DNA of 64,000 nt from an uncultured beta proteobacterium (GTDB taxonomy: Bacteria > Pseudomonadota > Gammaproteobacteria > Burkholderiales > SG8-41). The stretch is taken from NCBI GenBank assembly GCA_903905655.1, contig CAIVHG010000060.1:7034-71033 (forward strand), written 5' to 3'. Of the stretch, positions 1 to 8,333 are shown in pieces (position 1 is the stretch's first letter; every line of letters begins with the position of its first letter). A model generated the notes under the pieces. That model searched no databases. It saw only the letters and a program-made list of their open reading frames with translations, and was not told the DNA's origin. Position numbers and translations under genes: made by a program.

Positions 1-761
1 ATAATCAACCGGGCATTCCGCTTGTCATCGGCGGGAACGACGTGCCACGGTGCGTGATGGGTGCTGGTTGCGGAAAGACACGCCTCGTAGGCCTTCATGT
101 AATCCTTCCAGAACTTTCGTTCCTCGATGTCGGCAAGACTGAATTTCCAGTTCTTGTCCGGCGTATCGATGCGTTGCAGAAAGCGCTTCCGTTGTTCCTC
201 CTTCGATAGGTGCAGGAAGAACTTGATGATTCGTGTTCCGTTGCGGTAGAGATGGTCTTCGAGGTCCACGATCGAGCGATACCTTCCCTGCCAGACTGTT
301 TCCTCGTCGAGCAACTCGACCGGCAGTCCCTCGGTGCGCAGGATCTCCGGATGCGCCCGCACGATCAGCACTTCCTCGTAATAGGAACGGTTGAAGATGC
401 CGATGCGGCCGCGTTCCGGCAGGGATTGAGTGGTGCGCCACAAAAAGTCGTGCTCCAGTTCGCTGGCGCTCGGGTGTTTGAAGCTGAACACCTGGCAGCC
501 TTGTGGATTGACGCCGGACATCACGTGCCGGATGGCGCCGTCCTTGCCGGCCGTGTCCATCGCCTGGAAGATCAGCAGCACCGAATGCGAGTTGGCCGCG
601 TAGTGCAGGCGCTGCAGCGAACTCAGCTCTTCCACGTGCTTTTGTAGAAGTTTGTTGTAATCTTTCGTCGACTTGTAAACAGGTTCGACGAGCGTCGGCC
701 ACTTCTTGAGGTTGACCGTCTTCCCCGTCGGCACGCGAAAGTCTTTTGAATTGATTTTCAT
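1..761 (-). CDS. ppk2: polyphosphate kinase 2 (PPK2); C-terminus runs off the left edge of the window
   Basis: My own minus-strand translation from the ATG at 761..759 gives [27 protein letters not shown]...[76 protein letters not shown] (P-loop) and FNRSYYE are PPK2 hallmarks. It is absent from the ORF track because no stop lies inside the window. Confidence 0.85.
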   Translation of the reverse strand, partial: MKINSKDFRVPTGKTVNLKKWPTLVEPVYKSTKDYNKLLQKHVEELSSLQRLHYAANSHSVLLIFQAMDTAGKDGAIRHVMSGVNPQGCQVFSFKHPSASELEHDFLWRTTQSLPERGRIGIFNRSYYEEVLIVRAHPEILRTEGLPVELLDEETVWQGRYRSIVDLEDHLYRNGTRIIKFFLHLSKEEQRKRFLQRIDTPDKNWKFSLADIEERKFWKDYMKAYEACLSATSTHHAPWHVVPADDKRNARLI

Positions 762-809
762 CTCTATGCCTTTGGTAGGTGCTCGTGCGTTTACGTGATA
801 AACAGTAAA

Positions 810-913
810 CAGGGTCAGTGTAACTTAATGGTTCGGTCTGCGGGGTCGACTTGCGAGCCGGTTTAATTCGTTAAAAGAATAGCCGTGGGAATGGTACACC
901 GACCCCCATTATT
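810..913. repeat. Intergenic inverted-repeat element, copy 1: arms CAGGGTCAGTGTAACTTAA (810..828) and GGTACACCGACCCCCATTATT (893..913), separated by about 64 nt
   Basis: The arm cores GGGTCAGTGTA and TACACCGACCC are reverse complements with one mismatch. The same two arms recur at 3504..3549. Confidence 0.6.
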
Positions 914-1070
914 CCAATTTTTCAGTTTCTTCCGCGGCACGCAAAGTGCATAATTACTACCGCAGGAACGGTTGGACGCACTAAGGCATCCGTGCTCAGG
1001 TGCAAATCCAATTCGCAGTCGTTCACGCTTATCCGCTTCACTACGAGAAACCTGTGCTGAAGGAGGACCT

Positions 1071-2021
1071 ATGACGTTTGCGCGTTTTGCCATCATATTG
1101 TCGGCTTGCATCGCTGCACTCACCGCCGGCCCGGCGTCTGGGCAAGCTTATCCCAACAAAGTAGTGCGGATCATCACCGCTGAACCCGGTGGCGGCTATG
1201 ATTTCGCGGCGCGCCTGGTTGCGCAAGGACTGTCAGGACCTTTGGGGCAGCAGATCATCATCGAGAACCGAGGCGGCATATTGGCGGAACTCGTTAGCAA
1301 GGCGCCTCCCGATGGCTATACGTTCCTGGTTTCCGGCAACGACATGTGGCTGCAGCCGTTTTTTCACACCACGAACTACGATCCGGTCCGTGATTTCGCT
1401 CCCATCTCGTTGTTGAATTCATCGCCGACGGTTTTGGTCGTGCATCCTTCTCTGCCGGTGCAATCCGTCGCGGAATTGATCGCCCTGGCCAAGTCGAAGC
1501 CCGGCAAGCTCAATTACGGGACCGGCAATGCAGGTTCGATCGGCCATCTGACCACTGAGAAATTCGCCGCTGCGACTGGCATCAAGATCGTGCGCATCCC
1601 GTACAAGGGCGGCGGGCCGGCGATGAATGCGCTGGTGGGCGCGCAAGTGGACTTGATCTTTGGCACGGGTGGAACCGTCGCGCCGCACCTGGCAGCGGGG
1701 CGCCTGAAACCGTTGGCGGTGACCAGCGCGGCGCCTTCTGCGCTATTTCCCGGAGTGCCTGCCGTGGCGGCGACTCTGCCCGGATTCGAATCGGTGGGGC
1801 TCGTGGGCATACTCGCCCCGGCGCAAACGCCGGCTCCGATCATCGAACGTTGGAGTCAGGAGATCGGGCGCCTGCTCGCGCGATCGGATGTCAAAGAGCG
1901 GTTCTTCACTTCGGGAGTGGAAGCTGGCGGCTCTACGCCCGAACAGTTTGCCGGCATCATCAGAGCCGATATGGCGAGCACGGGCAAGTTGATCAAGGAA
2001 GCCGGGTTGAACACGCAATAG
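1071..2021 (+). CDS. Bug family / TctC-type tripartite tricarboxylate transporter periplasmic substrate-binding protein
   Basis: Track ORF 972..2021. I prefer the ATG at 1071, preceded by AGGAGG at 1061..1066. It has a signal peptide (MTFARFAIILSACIAALTAGPASGQA) followed by YPNKVVRIIT, PDGYT and IPYKGGGPAMNALVG, all typical Bug motifs. Confidence 0.9.
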   Translation: MTFARFAIILSACIAALTAGPASGQAYPNKVVRIITAEPGGGYDFAARLVAQGLSGPLGQQIIIENRGGILAELVSKAPPDGYTFLVSGNDMWLQPFFHTTNYDPVRDFAPISLLNSSPTVLVVHPSLPVQSVAELIALAKSKPGKLNYGTGNAGSIGHLTTEKFAAATGIKIVRIPYKGGGPAMNALVGAQVDLIFGTGGTVAPHLAAGRLKPLAVTSAAPSALFPGVPAVAATLPGFESVGLVGILAPAQTPAPIIERWSQEIGRLLARSDVKERFFTSGVEAGGSTPEQFAGIIRADMASTGKLIKEAGLNTQ

Positions 2022-2024
2022 AAT

Positions 2025-3461
2025 TTGCCGTCCCAGGCGCGGCGGCGAGGAGAAACTTTGGACAAGCAGGGAAAGAACGGCGCGGGCAGGCAGGTGGACA
2101 GCATCCAGCACGCGCTCACCCGCTACGCGTGCGAGCTCGATTTTGAGGGCATCGCGCCTGAAGCCATTCGCGCCGCCAAGTCGAGCGTGGTCGATACGCT
2201 GGGCGCGCTGGTCGCCGGATTTTCTGGCGAGCCATGCCGCATTGCGCGCGAACTGGCAGCGCAGATGCCCAATGCCGAAGGTGCGACCATCATCGGCACC
2301 CGCATGAAGAGCGCGCCGGACATCGCGGCGTTCGTCAACGGCACGACCGCACGCTATGCGGAGATGACGGATATCTACCACTGGCCGGGCAGTTCGGTGG
2401 CGCATCCCAGCGACGTCATCGCTCCCATCCTCTGCGCTGCGGAGCATGCGCACGCCAGCGGGCGTGAGTTCATCACAGCCGTCGTGCTGGCGTACGAGGT
2501 GTGCCTGCGCATCTCGCATGTATTCAAGAATGAAGGTTACGACAACACGAACCTGTGCTGCATCGGCAGCGCAGTGGGAGCGGGGAAGGTGTTGCGGCTG
2601 TCCCCGGAGCAACTGTCGCATTGCATCTCGATGGCGGTCGTGCCCAACAACATACTCAAGCAGGCACGGCGCGGGCAGAAGTCGATGTACAAGGCCGTGG
2701 CCGCCGGCGAGGCCGGCCGCGGCGGAGTGTTTGCCGCACTGCTTGCGCGGGTGGGGATGGAGGGGCCGCACCTGCCGTTCGAGGGCAAGGAGGGCTGGTG
2801 CGCCCATGTGGCCGGCGGGCCGTTTTCATTGGGCCCCATGGGCGGGAATGGCGTCCCGTTCAAGATATTGGATGTGCGCACCAAGAATCGTCCGGCGGCC
2901 GGCCCGGCGATTGCGGCGATCCTGGCTGCCGAGAAACTGGCGCCTCTGAGCATTAAAGACATAAAGCAAGTCATCATCGAGGTGCACAAGGACGCCAAGG
3001 AAAGAACCTGCATCGGCGAACCTCCCTGGAACCTGGAGTCGCGTGAGGACGCGGATCACAGCACTCCGTTTCTGGTCGCCATCACGCTGCGCGATGGAAC
3101 GGTCACGCTGCATTCATTCGACGACGTGCACCTCTGGAACCCGGAACTGCGGGCGCTGATGAAAAAGATCGAGGTGGTCGAGAATGCGGGGTTCACCAAA
3201 GCCTATAAGCAAGTGCCACAAGAGCATCGCGCGCGCGTCGTCGTGATAACCAACAGCGGTGAGCGCCTGGTGGCAGATGCGGGCGGCGACGCTGACGATT
3301 TGGCGGCGCCGAAAAGCGCTGCGCAGATCGAAGAAAAATTTCGCAGCCTTGCGCAGGAGTCGTTAAGTCAGAAGCGGGCGGATGCGCTGCTCGAGCAGCT
3401 GTGGAAGCTGGAGGATTTGAGGGACGTCGGTGTGATCCCGCCCGGTTTCCTGCTCGGCTAA
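2025..3461 (+). CDS. MmgE/PrpD family protein (2-methylcitrate dehydratase superfamily), paralog 1
   Basis: 478-aa ORF. The N-terminus (ALTRYACELDFEGIAPEAIRAAKSSVVDTLGALVAGF), the length and the overall pattern are typical of MmgE/PrpD. The start is uncertain: TTG at 2025, or TTG at 2058 after a GAGGAG-like site. Confidence 0.85.
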   Translation: MPSQARRRGETLDKQGKNGAGRQVDSIQHALTRYACELDFEGIAPEAIRAAKSSVVDTLGALVAGFSGEPCRIARELAAQMPNAEGATIIGTRMKSAPDIAAFVNGTTARYAEMTDIYHWPGSSVAHPSDVIAPILCAAEHAHASGREFITAVVLAYEVCLRISHVFKNEGYDNTNLCCIGSAVGAGKVLRLSPEQLSHCISMAVVPNNILKQARRGQKSMYKAVAAGEAGRGGVFAALLARVGMEGPHLPFEGKEGWCAHVAGGPFSLGPMGGNGVPFKILDVRTKNRPAAGPAIAAILAAEKLAPLSIKDIKQVIIEVHKDAKERTCIGEPPWNLESREDADHSTPFLVAITLRDGTVTLHSFDDVHLWNPELRALMKKIEVVENAGFTKAYKQVPQEHRARVVVITNSGERLVADAGGDADDLAAPKSAAQIEEKFRSLAQESLSQKRADALLEQLWKLEDLRDVGVIPPGFLLG

Positions 3462-3503
3462 CTTGCAAACTGCTGGTCCTTGTCCAAAGGAGCCTTCGAT
3501 ATA

Positions 3504-3549
3504 CAGGGTCAGTGTAACTTAAGGAAACAGTACACCGACCCCAATTATT
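3504..3549. repeat. Intergenic inverted-repeat element, copy 2 (compact: both arms only 7 nt apart, giving an 11-bp stem)
   Basis: CAGGGTCAGTGTAACTTAA (3504..3522) and GTACACCGACCCCAATTATT (3530..3549), the same arms as at 810..913. It lies 43 nt after the PrpD-like stop. Confidence 0.6.
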
Positions 3550-3550
3550 A

Positions 3551-3604
3551 GAAGTCATCAGGATGGGCAAGGTCATCAAAGAGACTGGCATTCATTTCGA
3601 ATGA
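3551..3604 (+). pseudogene. 3'-terminal remnant of a Bug/TctC gene (last ~17 codons plus stop)
   Basis: It translates to EVIRMGKVIKETGIHFE*. This matches the C-termini of intact paralogs in the window (EMVRMGKVIKDAGIHEE*, EITQMGKVIKDVGIRDE*). No upstream body remains, and the repeat arm abuts it. Confidence 0.55.
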
Positions 3605-3646
3605 CGCAATCGCCCACCAATTAGAGCGGCCAGGCTCGCTTAGGAA

Positions 3647-3670
3647 GTAAACAGGGGCGTTGTAACTTAA
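3647..3670. repeat. Half-copy (left-arm-like) of the same repeat family
   Basis: GTAAACAGGGGCGTTGTAACTTAA compared with GTAAACAGGGTCAGTGTAACTTAA at 805..828. I found no right arm nearby. Confidence 0.45.
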
Positions 3671-3716
3671 ACGCCGGCGCCGATTGTTCCGTGGGCTGCC
3701 GCGGAGTATTCCTTGT

Positions 3717-4487
3717 TCAGGGCAAGTTCAGGGCTTTGCGTATCGAGATAAGTTTCGCATGCGCAGCTTGATCCTCTGACGCTTCCATCAGGTTGGAAAT
3801 CTTGTCGGTCCCATACAAATGCCCATTGGTGTATGTGCTTACGCTGTCCTGAATGCGGCGCGGATATTGCGGGACATGGGCTTCATCTTTGATGAATACC
3901 GCTATGAAGTCATTCCAGATATCGGCTTTTCTGTTTCCTATGAATGATTCCAACAGTGCAACTGGATAACCGCTTCTCTTGCCCCAGTTTTGCAGAGCGA
4001 TTCCGCTGTCTGGGTAGAATCTCCAGCAATCTGCGGGATATCTGTGAAACGCCCCATTGGAAGGGGAGTTTATGTACAGGAGCCCTGCCGGCTTCAATAT
4101 TCTCAGCGTTTCATTGAACAGTAGCCAGAAGAACTCTGAATGCTCGAAGCACGATGAGCTCACTACCACATCGATGGTCTCGCTATCGAATGGCAATAAA
4201 TAGGGATTCGCGATAACGACATCAACGCCTTTGCCGGCAACGAAATCGAGGCCGAGGTAACTATTATTTGCGGGGGCCACGGATCTAAGGCTGCCCCTGA
4301 CATCTTTGGAGCCCACATCGACGATGGTCAATCCGGCGGAGTCCTTGAGGTATGTATCAAAGAAAGCTGCCGCATACTGCATAGCCGTGTCGTGCATTGT
4401 TAAAACGCCCCCTGCACCGAATTGGGCCGCCTCAAAACCGCTTTGGGCAGTCTGCCGTGATGTTACCGGCTTTGCAACAATAGTCAA
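3717..4487 (-). CDS. class I SAM-dependent methyltransferase (Methyltransf_11-like)
   Basis: The sequence LTIVDVGSKDVRG...YLGLDFVAGKGVDVV...ETIDVVVSSSCFEHSEFFWLLFNETLRILKPAGLLYINSP carries motif I (VDVGS) and post-I/II motifs. The start is either TTG at 4487 or ATG at 4397. The gene is visibly lower in GC than its surroundings. Confidence 0.75.
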   Translation of the reverse strand: MTIVAKPVTSRQTAQSGFEAAQFGAGGVLTMHDTAMQYAAAFFDTYLKDSAGLTIVDVGSKDVRGSLRSVAPANNSYLGLDFVAGKGVDVVIANPYLLPFDSETIDVVVSSSCFEHSEFFWLLFNETLRILKPAGLLYINSPSNGAFHRYPADCWRFYPDSGIALQNWGKRSGYPVALLESFIGNRKADIWNDFIAVFIKDEAHVPQYPRRIQDSVSTYTNGHLYGTDKISNLMEASEDQAAHAKLISIRKALNLP

Positions 4488-4552
4488 AGCCGTCGCTCGT
4501 TGATAGAATTTCGGCAGGTGCTGCCAAAAACGTGAATAAGAGGATTCATTTC

Positions 4553-5503
4553 ATGATCAAGACGTTTAAGGTCGTATTGCTGTGCTGCTTCGCCGCATTC
4601 GTTTCCGTCCCCGCGCACGCACAGCCGCTCAAGACGCTGCAGGTGAACGTGTTTCGCGAGGACCCCGGCCTGACGATCGGGCGGGTCAAGGGTTTCTTCG
4701 CGGCCGAGGGGTTGAACGTCAACGTGGTGCGCACCTCCAACTCCACCGACCAGATGTTCGGCCTGTCGAACGGCAGCTTTCAACTGGTTTCCACCGCGTT
4801 CGACAACGTGCTGGCGTGGTCGGGGCGCGAGGGCGCGGACCTGATCGCGGTGGCGGCGATCGGCGACAGCCAGGTGTTCAAGGTGTACGTGCGCCCCGAG
4901 ATCAAGACCTGGAGTGATTTGCGCGGAAAGAAGCTCGCGGTCGATGCGGTCAACACTGCCTATGCGCTGGTGCTGCGCCGCGTGTTGCTGGAGCAGGGGC
5001 TGGACCTGGCCAAGGGCGACTACGAGCTGCTGGCGCTGGGCAATGGAAATCTGCGCCTGCAGTCGATGCTCAAGGGCGAGACCTCTGCCGGAATCCTCAC
5101 GCCGCCTGATGATCAGCGCGCGCTCGACCAGGGCCTGGTGCTCATGGGAGATTCGGGCAAGGCGCTGCCGGACTTCCCCAACATCCTGTTCGCCGTCAAT
5201 CGCACCTGGGCAGAGAATGAGCGTTGGCAGCTCGTCGGATTTCTGCGCGCATGGGTCGCCGCGGGGCGCTGGATGCGCGCCAACGACGCCGAGGCAGCAC
5301 GCATCGTCGAAGCCGAGCTCAAGGTGGATACAAAGATTGCAAGGGGCTACATGATTGACCTGAGCCGCACCGGCGCGCTTATTCCCGCGGGGCTGGAGCG
5401 GGCGCTGAAGCTGCGCACGGGATTTGGGCTGACCCCGCCGATGGGGCCTGAGATCTCCAATTACTACGACCTGAAGTACTACAACGCAGCGACTGCCAGG
5501 TGA
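4553..5503 (+). CDS. periplasmic ABC-type substrate-binding protein, NMT1/THI5 (SsuA/TauA-like) fold; orphan
   Basis: Track ORF 4532..5503. I prefer the ATG at 4553, preceded by AAGAGGA. It has a signal peptide (MIKTFKVVLLCCFAAFVSVPAHA). GFFAAEGLNVNVV and LRGKKLAVDAVNTAYALVLRRVL resemble nitrate/sulfonate/bicarbonate-family binding proteins. No permease or ATPase gene is adjacent. Confidence 0.7.
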   Translation: MIKTFKVVLLCCFAAFVSVPAHAQPLKTLQVNVFREDPGLTIGRVKGFFAAEGLNVNVVRTSNSTDQMFGLSNGSFQLVSTAFDNVLAWSGREGADLIAVAAIGDSQVFKVYVRPEIKTWSDLRGKKLAVDAVNTAYALVLRRVLLEQGLDLAKGDYELLALGNGNLRLQSMLKGETSAGILTPPDDQRALDQGLVLMGDSGKALPDFPNILFAVNRTWAENERWQLVGFLRAWVAAGRWMRANDAEAARIVEAELKVDTKIARGYMIDLSRTGALIPAGLERALKLRTGFGLTPPMGPEISNYYDLKYYNAATAR

Positions 5504-5554
5504 CGCATAGCGTGCGCGTGGCACACGCTATGCCGTCCTCCGAAACGATCGCGA

Positions 5555-5926
5555 TCAGTTGCGGCCGTCATCCGCGCCGCGAGTCATGGCCGAAACGTAG
5601 GCGATGACCTGCTGTCCAGGCGGGAATGAGCCGGCCGGCGAGACTGCGCTCATGTCGACCACGGCAAAGCTGCGGGTGCCGAAATTCCAGGTGAAGCTTT
5701 TCCCGGTGGCCGGCACCACGAATTTCACGATTTCGTATTGGTTCACGTTCACCCACTTGGTGCCCGGTTGCACGACTATTTCTCTGGTGCCGCCCGGCAC
5801 TGGCGCCGTCTCCAGGACGCCGACCGCGTCCGGATCTTTGGAATCTGAAAATTGGGTTGCGCAGGAAGCCAGCGCCAATGCAACGATGCCCGCCATTAGC
5901 AACCTGATGATGGAATTGCTTTTCAT
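5555..5926 (-). CDS. small lipoprotein, tentatively CzcE-family periplasmic metal-binding protein
   Basis: It has a lipobox (LALASC). The mature part (TKWVNVNQYEIVKFVV..GKSFTWNF....AVVDMSAVSPAG......IAYVS) resembles my recollection of CzcE-like proteins. The family assignment is from memory only. Confidence 0.55.
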   Translation of the reverse strand: MKSNSIIRLLMAGIVALALASCATQFSDSKDPDAVGVLETAPVPGGTREIVVQPGTKWVNVNQYEIVKFVVPATGKSFTWNFGTRSFAVVDMSAVSPAGSFPPGQQVIAYVSAMTRGADDGRN

Positions 5927-6229
5927 GTTTTCTCCTGTTGAAGGAAGCTGCGGGTTCGGCCTGCCTGACTAACCATTCGTGCTGGGGACGTCCCCTAAGT
6001 TCACTTGTAGCGTAGCCGGCATCGCGTCAAAAAACCGGGGTACTATAATACATACGGGTTGTATCCCTGCTTTATTCCCTGACTGTGTCCGGAGCCGGGC
6101 GGCGGTACGGGCGGGCTCCCTCCCGAATAGCCGATATTCCGCTGATTGAAAAGGGTCCGGTTCGGGCTGATTTTGCGCGCCGGTGCCGGCGCCTTCGGCA
6201 AGCGCTACGGCTGAGATAAATGGGGGCTG

Positions 6230-6253
6230 GTTCCTGCAATATGGGGCAGGAAC
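6230..6253 (-). terminator. perfect 8-bp hairpin just downstream of pssA (weak intrinsic terminator candidate)
   Basis: GTTCCTGC-N8-GCAGGAAC lies 13 nt after the pssA stop. There is no clean U-tract (CAGCCCCCATTTATCTC follows on the minus strand). Confidence 0.3.
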
Positions 6254-6265
6254 GGTCGGGCGCCG

Positions 6266-6913
6266 TTACAGTTTGGGAACGCGCAAAGTCTTGCTGATCA
6301 TCAGGGTTCCCGACAACAGGAACAGCAAAGCGAGTGGATGCAAATCCCAAGGTCCGAGCGTCCATACGCCCCAGTAGAGATTTTCGCCCAGCCGCTCCTG
6401 CCACGCGAGCACAGCCAATAACGCGACCAACAGCACGCTGGTCGGGATCGGGGTGCCCTCGAAGTAGGCAACCTTGTCAGCACCTTCGGAAAGGCTTTCG
6501 GCAGTCACGTTATAGCGCGCTAGGCGGCTCACCCCGCAACACACGAAGTAAATCAGGATCACCGCGTCCCAACCGCCACGCAGGCCGGCGGCAAATGCGA
6601 GCGCCGCAGGGGCGACGCCAAATGAGATGACGTCAGCCAGCGAATCGAGCTCAAGTCCGAGCGCCGAATTGGTGTGCCGCCATCGTGCAATCCGGCCGTC
6701 GAGCACATCGAATATGAATGCCGCGGGTGCCATCGCCGCGGCGGCGAGGAAATGGGCGACCGACCCCTGCACGATGTAGAGCATCGCCAGGAAAATCGTC
6801 GCCACCCCGCAGGCTGCGTTGGCGAGCGTGAAAAAATCGGCGAGGTGAAAACCCCGCAGCATCGAGAAATGCTTGCGCTGCTTGATCACGGAGGGCGAGG
6901 ATGGAGGCATCAT
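6266..6913 (-). CDS. pssA: CDP-diacylglycerol--serine O-phosphatidyltransferase
   Basis: It carries the CDP-alcohol phosphatidyltransferase motif DVLDGRIARWRHTNSALGLELDSLADVISF (D-G-x2-A-R-x8-G-x3-D-x3-D). It is a multi-TM protein of 215 aa. Confidence 0.85.
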   Translation of the reverse strand: MMPPSSPSVIKQRKHFSMLRGFHLADFFTLANAACGVATIFLAMLYIVQGSVAHFLAAAAMAPAAFIFDVLDGRIARWRHTNSALGLELDSLADVISFGVAPAALAFAAGLRGGWDAVILIYFVCCGVSRLARYNVTAESLSEGADKVAYFEGTPIPTSVLLVALLAVLAWQERLGENLYWGVWTLGPWDLHPLALLFLLSGTLMISKTLRVPKL

Positions 6914-7260
6914 GTTTTTCAGTATGACTCACAAGAGATCACAAGAGCAGGGCTGATCAGTATGCAGCCCCGCACGGGATGGCATCGGTGCGATAGCGTA
7001 CGCTATTACACGGCCGCGCCTGCACTGCGAGCAGAACGCAGCTGCAGAACAGCTGTGCGGCCAGCGTAGACGATATCACCATTTTTCTCTCATCTAGGAC
7101 CGTTCAGCCGGCCCACCTGTGTGCGAAGCGCACGCAGCACGGAGTCGCCCAAGGCGCCTGAGTTGAGCACCCATCTTACACATTGCCGCCGCGCACCAAT
7201 GTTGCCTTCCATAGTAATATGCGGGCTACGCAAATTTCGCTGCCCCCGCGAGACCCTCTT

Positions 7261-8304
7261 ATGCTGATCCTCAACAACGCTGAAGTCACAAAACTGATCG
7301 ACATGCGCGAGTGCATCGCCGCGCTCGAAGACGCTTATCGCGAGCTGGCGCACGGCCGCTCGGTGAGCGCGGTGAACTCGGATGCCATCACTCCGGGATG
7401 CCTGCACGACACCATTTATCAGTTCAAGCTCAACGGCGGCGTGATTCCCAACGTGGGCATCGCGGCGCTGCGGCTCGATTCCGACATTATCAAGCGCGAG
7501 CCGCGCCGCCAGGTGAAGCTGGCGCTCGCGCCGGGCGGACGCTACACCGGGCTCATCATGTTGTTCAGCACCGAGACCAGCGAGCCGCTGGCGATTTTTC
7601 CCGACGGCATCGTGAATCCCATGCGCGTCGCCGCGGCCTCCGCGCTCGGCGCCAAATATCTGGCCCGCCCCGATTCGCACACGGTCGCGCTGATCGGCGC
7701 CGGCTGGCAGGCGCGCTCGCAGGTGATGGCGATCGTGGCGACGCACGAGGTGCGGGTGATCCGCTGCTACAGCCCGACGGCCGAGCGGCGCGACGCCTTC
7801 TGCCGCGAGATGCAGCATTTGACCGGCGTGAAGATGGAATCGTGCGATAGCGCCGAGCGCGCGGTGAGCGGCGCGGACATCGTGCTGTGCGCCACCAACA
7901 CCAACGAAACGTTGTTCTTCGCGCGCTGGCTCAAGCCCGGCATGCACGTCGGCACCATCCGCGGCGCGGAGCTCGAGCCGGCGGCGGTGATGCAGGCCGA
8001 TGTGCTCGCGGTGCACGAGCGCAAGCTGAGCGGCGCTTCCGCGGTTGCCAAGAGCGTGGTGCTCGCCAAGGACCGCATGGCGATCCCCGGAGTCGACATC
8101 GAGCGCCTGCCGACCCTGCCCGAGATCATCGCCGGCATGGTGCCCGGCCGCACCACGCCGCAACAGATCAGCTGCTTTCTCAACCTGCGCGGCATCGGGC
8201 TGCAGTTCGCGGCGGTCGGCGCCGTGATCTACCGCAAGGCACTCGCCAAAGGAATTGGGCGCGAGCTGCCCACCGAATGGTTTACCGAGGACGAGGTGTC
8301 CTGA
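7261..8304 (+). CDS. ornithine cyclodeaminase / mu-crystallin family protein
   Basis: Track ORF 7183..8304. I prefer the ATG at 7261 (MLILNNAEVTKLIDMRECIAALEDAYREL). It has a Rossmann motif (VALIGAGWQARSQV) and the typical CATNT segment. Confidence 0.85.
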   Translation: MLILNNAEVTKLIDMRECIAALEDAYRELAHGRSVSAVNSDAITPGCLHDTIYQFKLNGGVIPNVGIAALRLDSDIIKREPRRQVKLALAPGGRYTGLIMLFSTETSEPLAIFPDGIVNPMRVAAASALGAKYLARPDSHTVALIGAGWQARSQVMAIVATHEVRVIRCYSPTAERRDAFCREMQHLTGVKMESCDSAERAVSGADIVLCATNTNETLFFARWLKPGMHVGTIRGAELEPAAVMQADVLAVHERKLSGASAVAKSVVLAKDRMAIPGVDIERLPTLPEIIAGMVPGRTTPQQISCFLNLRGIGLQFAAVGAVIYRKALAKGIGRELPTEWFTEDEVS

Positions 8305-8333
8305 GGACCGAGCGCGTCGTCAGCTTTGCGCCG

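Noticed and set aside
25-702. Track ORFs 25..702 (-) and 210..647 (+), offered as coding regions at the left edge.
   Set aside because: Both have Arg/Ala/Gly-rich, motif-free translations typical of off-frame reading in high-GC DNA. A third frame on the minus strand (1..761) gives an unmistakable PPK2 sequence.
1743-2807. Long antisense ORFs throughout the window (1743..2807, 4484..5524, 7090..8163, 14076..15344, 17069..18175, 26757..28007, 34420..35721, 45392..46276, 48355..50037, 50696..51724, 61493..62614 and similar).
   Set aside because: Each overlaps, on the opposite strand or in another frame, a gene with clear family motifs. Their translations are Arg/His/Ala/Gly-rich and low in Lys/Asn/Ile, and they have no SD or signal features.
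6929-6947. Tandem 10-bp direct repeat TCACAAGAGA x2 upstream of pssA.
   Set aside because: There are only two units. It could be a regulator half-site pair, but nothing else supports that, so I do not report it as a feature.
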